A DNA stretch of 64,000 nt from positions 32,001 through 96,000 of the forward strand of contig CBDEUM010000037.1 in the NCBI GenBank assembly GCA_965242925.1. The letters run 5' to 3'. The DNA is from Roseibacillus sp. GTDB taxonomy: Bacteria; Verrucomicrobiota; Verrucomicrobiia; Verrucomicrobiales; Akkermansiaceae. Both the position numbers and the translations under genes were made by a program. The notes beneath the pieces were generated by a model. That model did not search any database and was not told the DNA's origin. It saw only the letters and a program-made list of their open reading frames with translations. Below, piece after piece: positions 11,201 through 19,684 of this stretch (position 1 is the stretch's first letter; each line of letters begins with the position of its first letter).

Positions 11201-11505
11201 TCGGGACCAGGACCTGGGGAGGTGGAATCTGGCTGCGGAGCGCCACCCGGCTGGTTGACGGCGGCATGGCACGCAGTCCTGAGACCGGTGTCTACGCTCC
11301 CGACCGCACCTGGATCATCGAAGGGACGGGACTGCAGCCTGACATGGTGGTGGACAACCTGCCGCATGAGACTTTCCGGGGGCGGGATGCCCAGTTGGAG
11401 GCGGCCCTGGCCTACCTGCGGAAGAAGATCGAGGAGGAACCACCCAGGATTCCGACGCCGCCCGATCGACCGGACAAGTCCTTTCGTTATCCGGTCCGTC
11501 CCTGA
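8251..11505 (+). CDS. Tricorn protease homolog (peptidase S41 with beta-propellers and PDZ)
   Basis: Signal peptide from ATG 8251; SPDG repeats; EEWRQMFVDAWR, ELSAMH, IIDMRQNYGGN, TISDGEAF, GTRTWGG. Confidence 0.92.
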   Translation: MRRVALAAIVLYSLPASAADGLLGYYRQPALHGDTVVFYAESDLWKIPVQGGVARRLTTHLERERFPCISPDGKTVAFTASYDGTHEIYLMPLEGGRPTRLTHEGVSGQRGPRPVFWKSNRELVYATWYFARRDTHQLAVLDIESGKKRVIPLEQASDGEYAGDGKTLFFARLPRQKSFAKRYRGGLIENLWRFRTGDKEAVPLTADYDGTSRDPMVWEKRLYFSTDRDGTMNLWSMNLEGKDLKQHTDFVGWDVLSPSLDGGRIIFRNRADIWIYDVKRDSASKLDIRLATDFDQRRERWVGNPLSYLNSWFLSHDGKRVGLTIRGRGYVVPVKPGRVVRLKQKVESRTRDLRFLPGTRDMIYLSDQSGEMEFWRQPADGLGEPLQVTTGGTTMRHDGIPSPNGKLLAHTDRNQVLWMRDLASGVEWKVARSREGNEWDYIDLTWSPDSRWIAFADMMENQTQQIFLYDTGTKTRPVPVTTARLDSYSPVFGPGGKWLYFLSDRTFRSVQGSPWGARQPEPLLDKTTGIFALDLIGGQRSPFLVKDEGEAPGSGEEGAKKEEVNLDGIESRLVVVPVEASNYRYLSRARGNLFCLYSSLSLSRKSGLVSFPITADATRHKWTTVMSDVRGFEISGDGTTCLVRKGDSFYVFAATGKAPSNPTQAKLNLGGLSLSVSPAEEWRQMFVDAWRMHRDYFYDPKMHRVDWEAARRRHELLLPRLTSRWELDDLIGQMVGELSAMHTDIYSGDIRDATDGSSLGHLGAQFSRAEEGFRIDQLYETDPDYPAEEGPLLRAGVEMQVGDVILSVDGVPAASVREIGALLKNKAGRKVLLESRRIGVGGTRNSIVVPLTVSGFRNLKTSNWEYTRRLETEEKGKGEIGYFHMRGMSASNYAEFVKGYYPVFNRKGLIIDMRQNYGGNIDSWILGRLSRKPWMYWKTRTGRPFANMQFAFNGHMAVLVDAYTISDGEAFSEGFRRLGLGPLIGTRTWGGGIWLRSATRLVDGGMARSPETGVYAPDRTWIIEGTGLQPDMVVDNLPHETFRGRDAQLEAALAYLRKKIEEEPPRIPTPPDRPDKSFRYPVRP

Positions 11506-11574
11506 AAGGTGGGGTTGGGTTGCCGGAACCGGCAGGTGGCCCAGGGACGTGAGAAGTGGGTAACAAGAAAGCGA

Positions 11575-12405
11575 CTAGAGCTGGTAGGCACGCTGGCAGG
11601 TCTCGTGCAGGACGGCGTTCTGCTCCCCGACGCTCAGTTCAGCCACGTAGGCGCGGACGGAACTGGCCCATTGCGCGTAGGAATCGATTCGCAGGAGGCA
11701 GACCGGCCAGTCGGTGCCGAAGCAGAGTCGCCCGGCACCGAACATTTCGAGTGATTCGTCGAAGTAGTTCTTGAGAGTCGCTTCGCTGATTGTCTCGTCA
11801 GTCACCTCGGTGACCATTCCGCTGATCTTGACTGCGAGGATGTTGTCCCGTTCCGCGAGGGCGGCCATGCCCTCCCGCCACCCGCTCTCGATACGTCCAT
11901 TGTGAATCTCGGGTTTGGCGATGTGGTCGATGACGAAGGGCTGGTCGGGGTGGCGGTCGACAAACTCGATGGTGGGGGGGAGATGTTTCTGGAAGATGAG
12001 GATGTCGTAGACCAGGTCGTGGTCCCGGAGCCTCTCGATACCCCGATTGAATTCCGTGCCCAGAATGAAGCTGTCGTCCGGTTCATCCTGCACCACGTGC
12101 CGGACGGCCTTGAACTTGCGGTGATTACTCAACCGTTCGAGGTGTTCCTCCACCTTCCCGTCGGCGAGGGGCACCCAGCCTACCACGCCCTGGATGCGGT
12201 CACAGTCCTCCGCCAGCTCCAGGAGCCAGTCGGACTCCTCGATGGTCTGGCGAGCCTGAACCACCACCGTTCCGGAGACCCCGGCGGCATCGGTATTTGT
12301 GATCAGGTCGGGGATGAGGTAGTTCCGGGCAAGGACGGAGTCAGGAGTGATCCAGGGATACTGCCTCGGATCGTAATTCCAGAGGTGATGGTGGGCATCG
12401 AGCAT
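11575..12405 (-). CDS. Amidohydrolase-family sugar lactonase (L-fucono-/L-galactonolactonase-like)
   Basis: DAHHHLW, VVVQA, RHVVQDE, DHIAKP, FGTDWPV. Confidence 0.85.
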   Translation of the reverse strand: MLDAHHHLWNYDPRQYPWITPDSVLARNYLIPDLITNTDAAGVSGTVVVQARQTIEESDWLLELAEDCDRIQGVVGWVPLADGKVEEHLERLSNHRKFKAVRHVVQDEPDDSFILGTEFNRGIERLRDHDLVYDILIFQKHLPPTIEFVDRHPDQPFVIDHIAKPEIHNGRIESGWREGMAALAERDNILAVKISGMVTEVTDETISEATLKNYFDESLEMFGAGRLCFGTDWPVCLLRIDSYAQWASSVRAYVAELSVGEQNAVLHETCQRAYQL

Positions 12406-12495
12406 GGGCCGGCGTCCAGGGTGAGGGTCTGGCGGGACCTTGTTAGGCGGGGGCGCCTCTGCTGTCCAGTGCTTCCCGCGTGCTCTGGGTTCCTC

Positions 12496-13767
12496 TCATT
12501 GCCGGGGCCGGTCTTCCTCTTCAAGGAAGAGAGGCACCATGTGGCGCTGATAAATGTTTTCGGTGACGTTCTTTCCTATTACTCCGGCATTGGCCTTGAG
12601 TGCGTCGAGGTAGGTGTCGCCGAGTTGTGCGGCCACCTTGAAGCCCACATGCAGGAGCTGGCGGAAGTGCTGGTTGTAGGCCGGGTTGCTCTGGTCATGG
12701 CGAAGGGCGTCCGTGTACTGTCCACTGGTCCATTCGTTGACTTCCTCCGCGCCGGGCAGTTTTGAATCATCAACATCGATGACGGTGGCGTAGGGCTCGC
12801 AGAGGGCCTCTTTCTTCTCGAGGGCGGTGGCATAGATCTGTTTGGCAAGGGCGAGGGCTTCACCGCCGGCTTCCGCCAGGCCGATCAGTTCCTCGAGCCA
12901 GGTGGTGCCTGCGGTCTTGATGTGAAGGCCGGCGCCGGTGCGGGCCAGGGCACGCCTGATGGGCCCGTAGATGGAGAATTTGTCGGAACCGGAGTGCACG
13001 CTGAGTTTCAGTGTTCCGGGAAGGCCGTAGGCCTTGATGGCGTGGGCGATGACTGCGAGGTCGTCGTTGAATTCCTGTTCGAACCGGGCAAGGTCGCCGA
13101 CGTAGTCGACTCCCTTGTTGAAGCGACCGGTGAATTTTGGGGCGATGGTTTGGATGGGGAAACCCTGGTCGGCAATGGCGGCGAGAATGACGAGCATCTC
13201 GGGGGGTGTCTGGGGATCATCAGTTTCATCCATGGACACCTCGGCGATGAAGTCCTCGCCGTCCTTTGCCCCGGCAATGTGGCGATAAATGCGTCCGGCG
13301 AGTTCGCAGGCCTTGAGGAACTGTCTGGCGGTCTTTTCAACGTCTTCTCGTGTGATCCGGAGGGGAGCCGCGATGCCTTCGATCTCGATGGTTCCGATCA
13401 ACTCGGGGTGCCGGTCGATGAAGGTCGCGATTTCCTCGGGAGCGGCTGGCGTGCCGATGTCGTCCGCAACGTCGATGGTATAGAAATCACAGTGGGGCAG
13501 ATAGCGGTCAACGGTTCCGAGATTGATATGATCCGCGTCCAGGAGGTAGTCGGAGGTCCAGCCGAGGCTGGACACTGCGGCATCGGCGGCGGCACGCGTG
13601 CCCGCCGGGTCGGAATCGACGATGAGGTGTTCGCGATTGGACTTGTTCCAGACCGGGGTAACCGGAATGCCCCGGTCGGCGAGCTGCTGGAAGGCCCGGA
13701 GTTGGGCCTCCGCCTGGTGGGCGAAGCGGTCGCCGACTCCGAAAGTGAATTTATCGATGGTTTTCAT
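12496..13767 (-). CDS. uxaE: Tagaturonate/fructuronate epimerase family protein
   Basis: GVGDRF, LDADH, EVSMDET, LSVHSGSDKFS, HIKTAGTTWLEE; ATG at 13767. Confidence 0.85.
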   Translation of the reverse strand: MKTIDKFTFGVGDRFAHQAEAQLRAFQQLADRGIPVTPVWNKSNREHLIVDSDPAGTRAAADAAVSSLGWTSDYLLDADHINLGTVDRYLPHCDFYTIDVADDIGTPAAPEEIATFIDRHPELIGTIEIEGIAAPLRITREDVEKTARQFLKACELAGRIYRHIAGAKDGEDFIAEVSMDETDDPQTPPEMLVILAAIADQGFPIQTIAPKFTGRFNKGVDYVGDLARFEQEFNDDLAVIAHAIKAYGLPGTLKLSVHSGSDKFSIYGPIRRALARTGAGLHIKTAGTTWLEELIGLAEAGGEALALAKQIYATALEKKEALCEPYATVIDVDDSKLPGAEEVNEWTSGQYTDALRHDQSNPAYNQHFRQLLHVGFKVAAQLGDTYLDALKANAGVIGKNVTENIYQRHMVPLFLEEEDRPRQ

Positions 13768-13863
13768 TGGTAGATTGTCGAATCGCCAGGGCAATGAAGC
13801 CCGTTAAGAATCATCCTTTGGTGAGTGCGATCTGGCAGAGCGGTTCCCGGGGTTCCGGAAGGC

Positions 13864-14802
13864 TTAGTTATTTTCAGGGAGGCCCTCGAGATGGCCGATG
13901 TTCCTGACGGGTTCAAAGATCCTGAGGACGGCGGCAAGAAGGTCTTCGGGGATGGGTTTCTCGAGCCACTCGGCCCACTTGCGCACATTTTCAGGATTGG
14001 CCGACCCCGCCACGCAGGTGGCGATGTCTTCGTGGGCACAGGAAAACTGGAGGGCGAGTTGGGCGATATCAACTCCCTCGCCTTCGCAGAGTTTCGCGGC
14101 TTCACGCGCAGCGTCCTTCACTTCCTCCGGTTCTTTGAGCCAGTCGGGAAGCGGGGCGTTGGTGAGCAGGCGGGCGGAGAACGGCCCCGCGTTTATCACT
14201 CCGAGGTCTTTCTCCAGGAGGCGCGGGAGCAGACTGTCGGCCAGGGCCGTGTTCTGCAGGGTGTACTGGTTGTAGGAGAGGATGCAGTCGAGTTGATCCC
14301 CGGCGTGGTCGAGGACCTTGTGAAAGGTTTTCATGGGGTAGCAGGAAAATCCCACCGCCCGCACGAGTCCCTTCTCCTTCAGGGCAAGGGCGGCGGGGAT
14401 GGTCTCTTCCCAGATCTGCGGAAGTTCGACGAACTCGACATCATGGAGAAGGAGAATGTCGAGGTGGTCGGTGCCGAGACGGTGAAGGGAAACATGCACG
14501 CTCTCCTCGACGCGGCGGGCAGAGAAGTCGAAGTGAGTGAGTGAATAGCGACCCAGTTTCGTGCCGAGCAGGTAGGAGTCCCGCGGAACATCCCGGAGTG
14601 CAATGCCAAGCAGGACCTCCGACACGCCGCGGCCGTAGAAGGGTGAGGTGTCGATGAAATTGATCCCCAGGTCGAGGGCCATCCGGACCGAGGCGAGCGC
14701 TTCCTCCAGGCGTACGGGCCGGAACTCCTGGCCGAGCGAGGATGCCCCGAAGCCGAGGATGGGGAGGTCGAGGCCGGTTTTGCCGAGAGGGCGTGATTTC
14801 AT
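13864..14802 (-). CDS. Aldo/keto reductase (L-galactose/L-fucose dehydrogenase-like)
   Basis: LGFGASSLG, IDTSPFYG, TKLGRY, LLLHDVEF. Confidence 0.85.
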   Translation of the reverse strand: MKSRPLGKTGLDLPILGFGASSLGQEFRPVRLEEALASVRMALDLGINFIDTSPFYGRGVSEVLLGIALRDVPRDSYLLGTKLGRYSLTHFDFSARRVEESVHVSLHRLGTDHLDILLLHDVEFVELPQIWEETIPAALALKEKGLVRAVGFSCYPMKTFHKVLDHAGDQLDCILSYNQYTLQNTALADSLLPRLLEKDLGVINAGPFSARLLTNAPLPDWLKEPEEVKDAAREAAKLCEGEGVDIAQLALQFSCAHEDIATCVAGSANPENVRKWAEWLEKPIPEDLLAAVLRIFEPVRNIGHLEGLPENN

Positions 14803-14840
14803 CACTGGAGTTTCTGACTTTCAGTCACAGGTGATGGTCT

Positions 14841-15653
14841 TCAACTGGTCAGGTCGTGGAAGGCCCTGATGGTTTGGCGGGCGGCGGTGTCCGGATCAGG
14901 AAGAGGGAAAATCTCGGCGGAGAGATAACCGTCGTAGCCGATCTCCCGCAGGGCGGTGAGGACGGAGGTCATTTCGGTGTGACCAGATCCGATGGCCTGA
15001 CGGTTGGAATCGGCAAAGTGGACGTGTCCCACTTTCGATCCGGCGGCACGCAGAGCCTCCCCGAGGTCGGGTTCCTCGATATTCATGTGGAAGAGGTCGG
15101 CGAGGAGGACAGTGTGATCCAGTTTGTGCTGATCGAGGTAGGCTGCTGCAGGGGCGAGTTGATTGAACTGGTTGGTTTCGTAACGATTGAGAGGTTCGTA
15201 GATGAAGGTCACCCCGTGCCGTGCAGCGCGCTCATCGGCAGCTTGCAGGGCTTCAGTGAGCCAGACCAGCGATTGATCCCGTGAAACTTCTCCTCCCCAC
15301 TTGCCCTGCATCGATCCGAGAATGGCGGGGGCTCCCAGTTGTCCGCCGAAGTCGATCATGGAGAGGACGAAATCAAGGGCTTCCGTGCGTCGTCCGGGGT
15401 CCGGGTCGGTGAGGGAGAGTCCGTGCTGGACCATGCCGGCCCCGGTGCCAACCGCCGCGATGCCAAGGTCGTGTTCGGTGGCCATGGATTTCACGGATTC
15501 CAGATCGATGAATTCCGGACCCGGGAGGAAGAGTTCGACGGCGTCAAAGCCCAGTTTGCCTGCCCGCGCAAAGCCGTCGGGGAGGGATTGGTGAAAGACG
15601 AAGGGGCCAGCCTTGGCCTCCGGAACCTGCGCGAGGGTTATGGCGGACTTCAT
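14841..15653 (-). CDS. Xylose-isomerase-like TIM-barrel sugar epimerase (IolO-like)
   Basis: GFDAVELF, YEPLNRYET, DLFHMNIEE, HVHFADSNR, YLSAEIFPLPD. Confidence 0.8.
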   Translation of the reverse strand: MKSAITLAQVPEAKAGPFVFHQSLPDGFARAGKLGFDAVELFLPGPEFIDLESVKSMATEHDLGIAAVGTGAGMVQHGLSLTDPDPGRRTEALDFVLSMIDFGGQLGAPAILGSMQGKWGGEVSRDQSLVWLTEALQAADERAARHGVTFIYEPLNRYETNQFNQLAPAAAYLDQHKLDHTVLLADLFHMNIEEPDLGEALRAAGSKVGHVHFADSNRQAIGSGHTEMTSVLTALREIGYDGYLSAEIFPLPDPDTAARQTIRAFHDLTS

Positions 15654-15814
15654 GATGCGGCGGAGGGGGAGGGGTGGATCTTGGATGCAGGGGAGTCAAG
15701 GGATTTCCGGAAGGATCGCGATGGTGCTCGACGGTCGGGTTTGACAGAGTAGAAGAAGGCCGTGGCATCTGCCTGTGAAATGGACAGGCTTCGCATCGTA
15801 GGAGAGGTATCCAG

Positions 15815-18157
15815 ATGAGATCATCGAGATTGACCATGGCTGCGGTGCTCGCCTTGGCGGGGACAGCCTCCGCGGAGGATGTGAAGGAGTTTGAGAAGAA
15901 GATCGAACCCCTTCTGCAGGACTATTGTTACGACTGCCATGGAGATGGCTCCAAGAAGGGGGAAGTCTCGCTCGACGCGTTTAAGGACCTGTCCAGCCAT
16001 CTCGAGGACCGCGATCTGTGGCTGCGCGTATGGAAAAACGTGCGAAGCGAACTCATGCCGCCCCCCGAGGAGGACTTCCAACCGACGTCCGAGGAACGCA
16101 GGGTCCTCACCTCGTGGATCGAGAAGCGGGTTCTGAAGCTTGATCCGGAGAACCCTGACCCAGGGCGGGTGACCATTCGGCGCCTGAATCGCGAGGAGTA
16201 TCGCAATACAATCGGGGATCTGGTCGGTGTTCGCTACAACGTGGACGATAATTTTCCTCCTGACGATACCGGGTTCGGATTCGATACGATTGGGGACGTT
16301 CTCACGATTTCCCCCCTGCTCCTTGAAAAGTATCTGATGGCGGCAGAGGGGATCGCCGAGCTTGCCCTTCCCTCCACGCAGATCCGGAGACGGCCGATTG
16401 TAATTGATCCCGGGAACTTCCGACAACGGGATAACAGGGAGCAGAGCGCACGCTTCATGGAGGCCGACAAGATGCACACGGTGGGGGTGGACCGTCGCTT
16501 CAGCAAAGCAGGAAAATACGATCTGGAAGTGACCTACCGGATTGAAAATGAGCGGGGGCGACCGCAGGGGCAGACGGCCAACTGGAGAATCCTTGTCGAT
16601 GGAAGGGAGCTTGAGCGGGTAGACGTGAGTGGTGCCCGTCGTTCAGGTGGGGTCTTCAGGAAAGAGATTGATTTGAGTGAAGGAGGCCATCGCTTTGAGT
16701 TTTCCATCGTCCCGGGTAAACCTGGGGAGGGGGAAGGGACCTGGGGGGTGCGGGTGGAGGACTACAGACTGATCCGCCAGGCCGGCAGCGAATGGGCATT
16801 ATATCCTGAGAGCTATCGACGGATCTTCTTCAAGGGACTGCCTCCGGACGGAGAGCAGGAGAGGGAAACCTACATGAGAGAGATCGTGGAACGCTTCGCC
16901 ACCAGAGTATTCCGGCGGCCAGCGGAAAAGAGGACGGTGGACGGTCTGACCCGGATGGCGCTGAACCGGACCAGGGAGGAGAATGCCAAGTTTGTTGATG
17001 GAGTGAAACTGGCGGTCACGGCGGCCCTGACGTCGCCGCGCTTTCTTTTCCGCAGTGAGGTGCAGGCCGAGCCTGACAACCCGGGCAAGGTTGTGGCGGT
17101 GGACGAGCTTGCTCTGGCCTCTCGCCTCTCCTACTTCCTTTGGAGTTCGGCGCCCGACGAGGATTTATTTGCGCTGGCTGTAAAAGGTGAACTGCGTGAC
17201 AACCTGCGGACTCAGGTTGATCGCATGCTGGCCGACAGGAAGGCCGACCGCATGGTGCGAAACTTCGTAGGCCAGTGGCTGCAGGCGCGGGACCTGGGAG
17301 GCTTGAACATTGATGTGCGGCGCATCCTCGGGGAACGTAACAAGCGGTTCGCGGAGCGGATCTTCGACCAGGAGATACGGCGCGACATGAAGCTTGAGAC
17401 TGAGCTCTTTTTCCAGCATATGGTGCGCGAGAATCGGCCGGTGCTGGAATTGCTCAACGCGAAGTATTCCTTCCTCAACGAAAGTCTGGCCAAGTTCTAT
17501 GGCGTGCCCGGGGTGAAAGGGCGAGTGCATCGCCGGGTGGAATTCGGAGAGGACCTGTGGGCGCGTGGGGGCATTCTTACACAGGGAACGTTTCTGATCG
17601 TGACTTCGCAGCCGACCCGCACTTCGCCGGTCAAGCGTGGGCTCTTTGTGCTTGAGAATATCCTCGGGACGCCCGCGCCGCCGGCTCCACCCGATGTGCC
17701 AGAGTTGGAAGAGGCGCGGAAGGAAGTCAGCAGCGGAACGATGCGGGAACTGATGGTCGAGCACCGCCAGAAGGCCTTGTGCAAATCGTGCCATGAGCGC
17801 ATGGATCCGATCGGGCTGGCGCTCGAGAATTTCAACGCAATTGGGCAGTGGAGAGAGGAAGAGGGGGGAACCCCCATTGACAGTGCAGGCCAGCTCGTGA
17901 CGGGGGAAAAGTTCTCAAACGTAATGGAGCTGAAAGAGATCCTGGCCAGCTCCCGGAAGCAGGACTTCTATCGGTGCCTGACGGAGAAGATGCTCACTTA
18001 TGCCCTGGGACGAGGGGTGGAATACTACGACGCTCCCACGGTGGATTCCATTGTCGCTCTCCTGAACCGTAATGACGGGACGATGGTGGATCTGATCAAA
18101 GGAATCGTGGAGAGTACGCCCTTCCAGAAGCGGCGGGGAGATGGTGACCGGCTGTAA
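15815..18157 (+). CDS. DUF1592-family planctomycete cytochrome c protein (PSCyt1, DUF1587/1595/1592/1588/1585)
   Basis: CYDCH, RRLNREEYRNT, ELALASRLSYFLWSSAPD, TSPVKRG, CKSCH, LTYALGRG. Confidence 0.9.
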   Translation: MRSSRLTMAAVLALAGTASAEDVKEFEKKIEPLLQDYCYDCHGDGSKKGEVSLDAFKDLSSHLEDRDLWLRVWKNVRSELMPPPEEDFQPTSEERRVLTSWIEKRVLKLDPENPDPGRVTIRRLNREEYRNTIGDLVGVRYNVDDNFPPDDTGFGFDTIGDVLTISPLLLEKYLMAAEGIAELALPSTQIRRRPIVIDPGNFRQRDNREQSARFMEADKMHTVGVDRRFSKAGKYDLEVTYRIENERGRPQGQTANWRILVDGRELERVDVSGARRSGGVFRKEIDLSEGGHRFEFSIVPGKPGEGEGTWGVRVEDYRLIRQAGSEWALYPESYRRIFFKGLPPDGEQERETYMREIVERFATRVFRRPAEKRTVDGLTRMALNRTREENAKFVDGVKLAVTAALTSPRFLFRSEVQAEPDNPGKVVAVDELALASRLSYFLWSSAPDEDLFALAVKGELRDNLRTQVDRMLADRKADRMVRNFVGQWLQARDLGGLNIDVRRILGERNKRFAERIFDQEIRRDMKLETELFFQHMVRENRPVLELLNAKYSFLNESLAKFYGVPGVKGRVHRRVEFGEDLWARGGILTQGTFLIVTSQPTRTSPVKRGLFVLENILGTPAPPAPPDVPELEEARKEVSSGTMRELMVEHRQKALCKSCHERMDPIGLALENFNAIGQWREEEGGTPIDSAGQLVTGEKFSNVMELKEILASSRKQDFYRCLTEKMLTYALGRGVEYYDAPTVDSIVALLNRNDGTMVDLIKGIVESTPFQKRRGDGDRL

Positions 18158-18237
18158 AAGCAGGGGTTCGTGGTGTCATTTCTTCGGGTGACGATTTCTG
18201 TACGAAGTTCCTGAGGAATGGCGTATACTCGGGCTAG

Positions 18238-19599
18238 ATGAGTGAAGAGCAAATCCTTCCGGGCCGCCGGACCTTCCTCCGTGGACTGGGAGCGAGTGTC
18301 GCCCTCCCCGGGCTGGGTTCTGTGGGATTGGCCCGGGCTGCAGCGGGTGCCCGGGGGGTGACCGCCAGCGGAGCGCCGCTGCGGATGGCCTATCTCTGCC
18401 TTCCCAATGGAGTCATCATGAACAAATGGCGTCCCCAGGGTGTGGGGAAGGAGTTTGTGTTTAATGAGTCAATGAAGCCGTTGGAGAAGTTCCGGAACGA
18501 TCTCCAGATCTTGAAGGGACTCGAGCAGGCCAACGGCTGGGGTGGTCGCGATGGAGCAGGTGATCACGCGCGCGGGAATGCTACTTTCCTGACGGGGTCC
18601 CGCCCGAGGAAAACGTCGGGGTCGGACATCCGGCTGGGGATTTCAGTCGATCAGATGGCCGCCAATCATCTCGGCAGGGAGACTCGCCTGCCCTCCCTGG
18701 AGCTTTCCTGTGACGGCGTGCGAAAGTCTGGCAACTGCGACTCGGGGTATTCCTGTGCTTACCAGTTTAATATCTCCTGGCGGTCCGCGACCCAGCCGAT
18801 GACCCCCGAGTCAAATCCGCGGCTTGTCTTTGAGCGTCTGTTCGGGGGCGGGTCCCGGGCGGAGCGGGAGGAGAACCGCGCCAGGCGTCGGGCCGAGCAG
18901 CGTTCCATACTCGACTTTGTCCTCGAGGATGCCAAGGCCATGGAGAAACGCCTTGGCGGGAATGATCAGCAGAAGCTTGACGAGTACATGACCGGTGTCC
19001 GCGAGATTGAGCAACAGCTCGAAAAGGCGGAAAGGATGGGACCACCTCCTGAGCCGGGGGTGCCGGCACCTGAGAATGGAGTGCCCCGGCACTACCATGA
19101 GCATATCAAGATCATGTTTGATATGATGATCCTGGCCTTCCGCAGCGACCAGACCCGGATCGCCAGTTTCCTGCTCGCGCATGATGGGAGTAATCGTACT
19201 TTTCCAACCCATGGAGTGACTGAGGGGCATCATGGCCTCTCCCATCACCAGGGTAACGGGTCCAAGATCGACAAGATTACCCGGATCGACACCTTTTACC
19301 TCGAGCAGCTCGCCTATTTCCTGGATCGCATGCGCAACACCAAGGATGTTGATGGAAAACCGCTGTTATACAACTCGATGATCGTGTGGGGAGGCGGACT
19401 TTCCGATGGGAATAGCCACAGCCACAACGACCTGCCCGTTATCCTGGCGGGACATGCGGGCGGCAAGTTCCGGACGGGTCGGCATGTTGATCTCAAGACG
19501 GATGTGCCCTTAAACAATCTTTACCTGCGGATGCTCGGAGAGGTTGGCGCGCCAACGGGACGCCTCGGTGATTCGACCGGGATCCTGAAGGAGGTGTAG
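18238..19599 (+). CDS. DUF1552 (HXXSHH) Tat-exported protein
   Basis: GRRTFLRG Tat motif, GYSCAY, PRLVFERLF, HHGLSHH; usual partner of DUF1592. Confidence 0.9.
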   Translation: MSEEQILPGRRTFLRGLGASVALPGLGSVGLARAAAGARGVTASGAPLRMAYLCLPNGVIMNKWRPQGVGKEFVFNESMKPLEKFRNDLQILKGLEQANGWGGRDGAGDHARGNATFLTGSRPRKTSGSDIRLGISVDQMAANHLGRETRLPSLELSCDGVRKSGNCDSGYSCAYQFNISWRSATQPMTPESNPRLVFERLFGGGSRAEREENRARRRAEQRSILDFVLEDAKAMEKRLGGNDQQKLDEYMTGVREIEQQLEKAERMGPPPEPGVPAPENGVPRHYHEHIKIMFDMMILAFRSDQTRIASFLLAHDGSNRTFPTHGVTEGHHGLSHHQGNGSKIDKITRIDTFYLEQLAYFLDRMRNTKDVDGKPLLYNSMIVWGGGLSDGNSHSHNDLPVILAGHAGGKFRTGRHVDLKTDVPLNNLYLRMLGEVGAPTGRLGDSTGILKEV

Positions 19600-19684
19600 A
19601 CTCTCTGGTTCCAGTCGGGAGGGAAGTCGGCGTTTTGCTGGCGCAGGGTGAACTGCGTGGGTATACAGGGTTGATCCGATCCCG

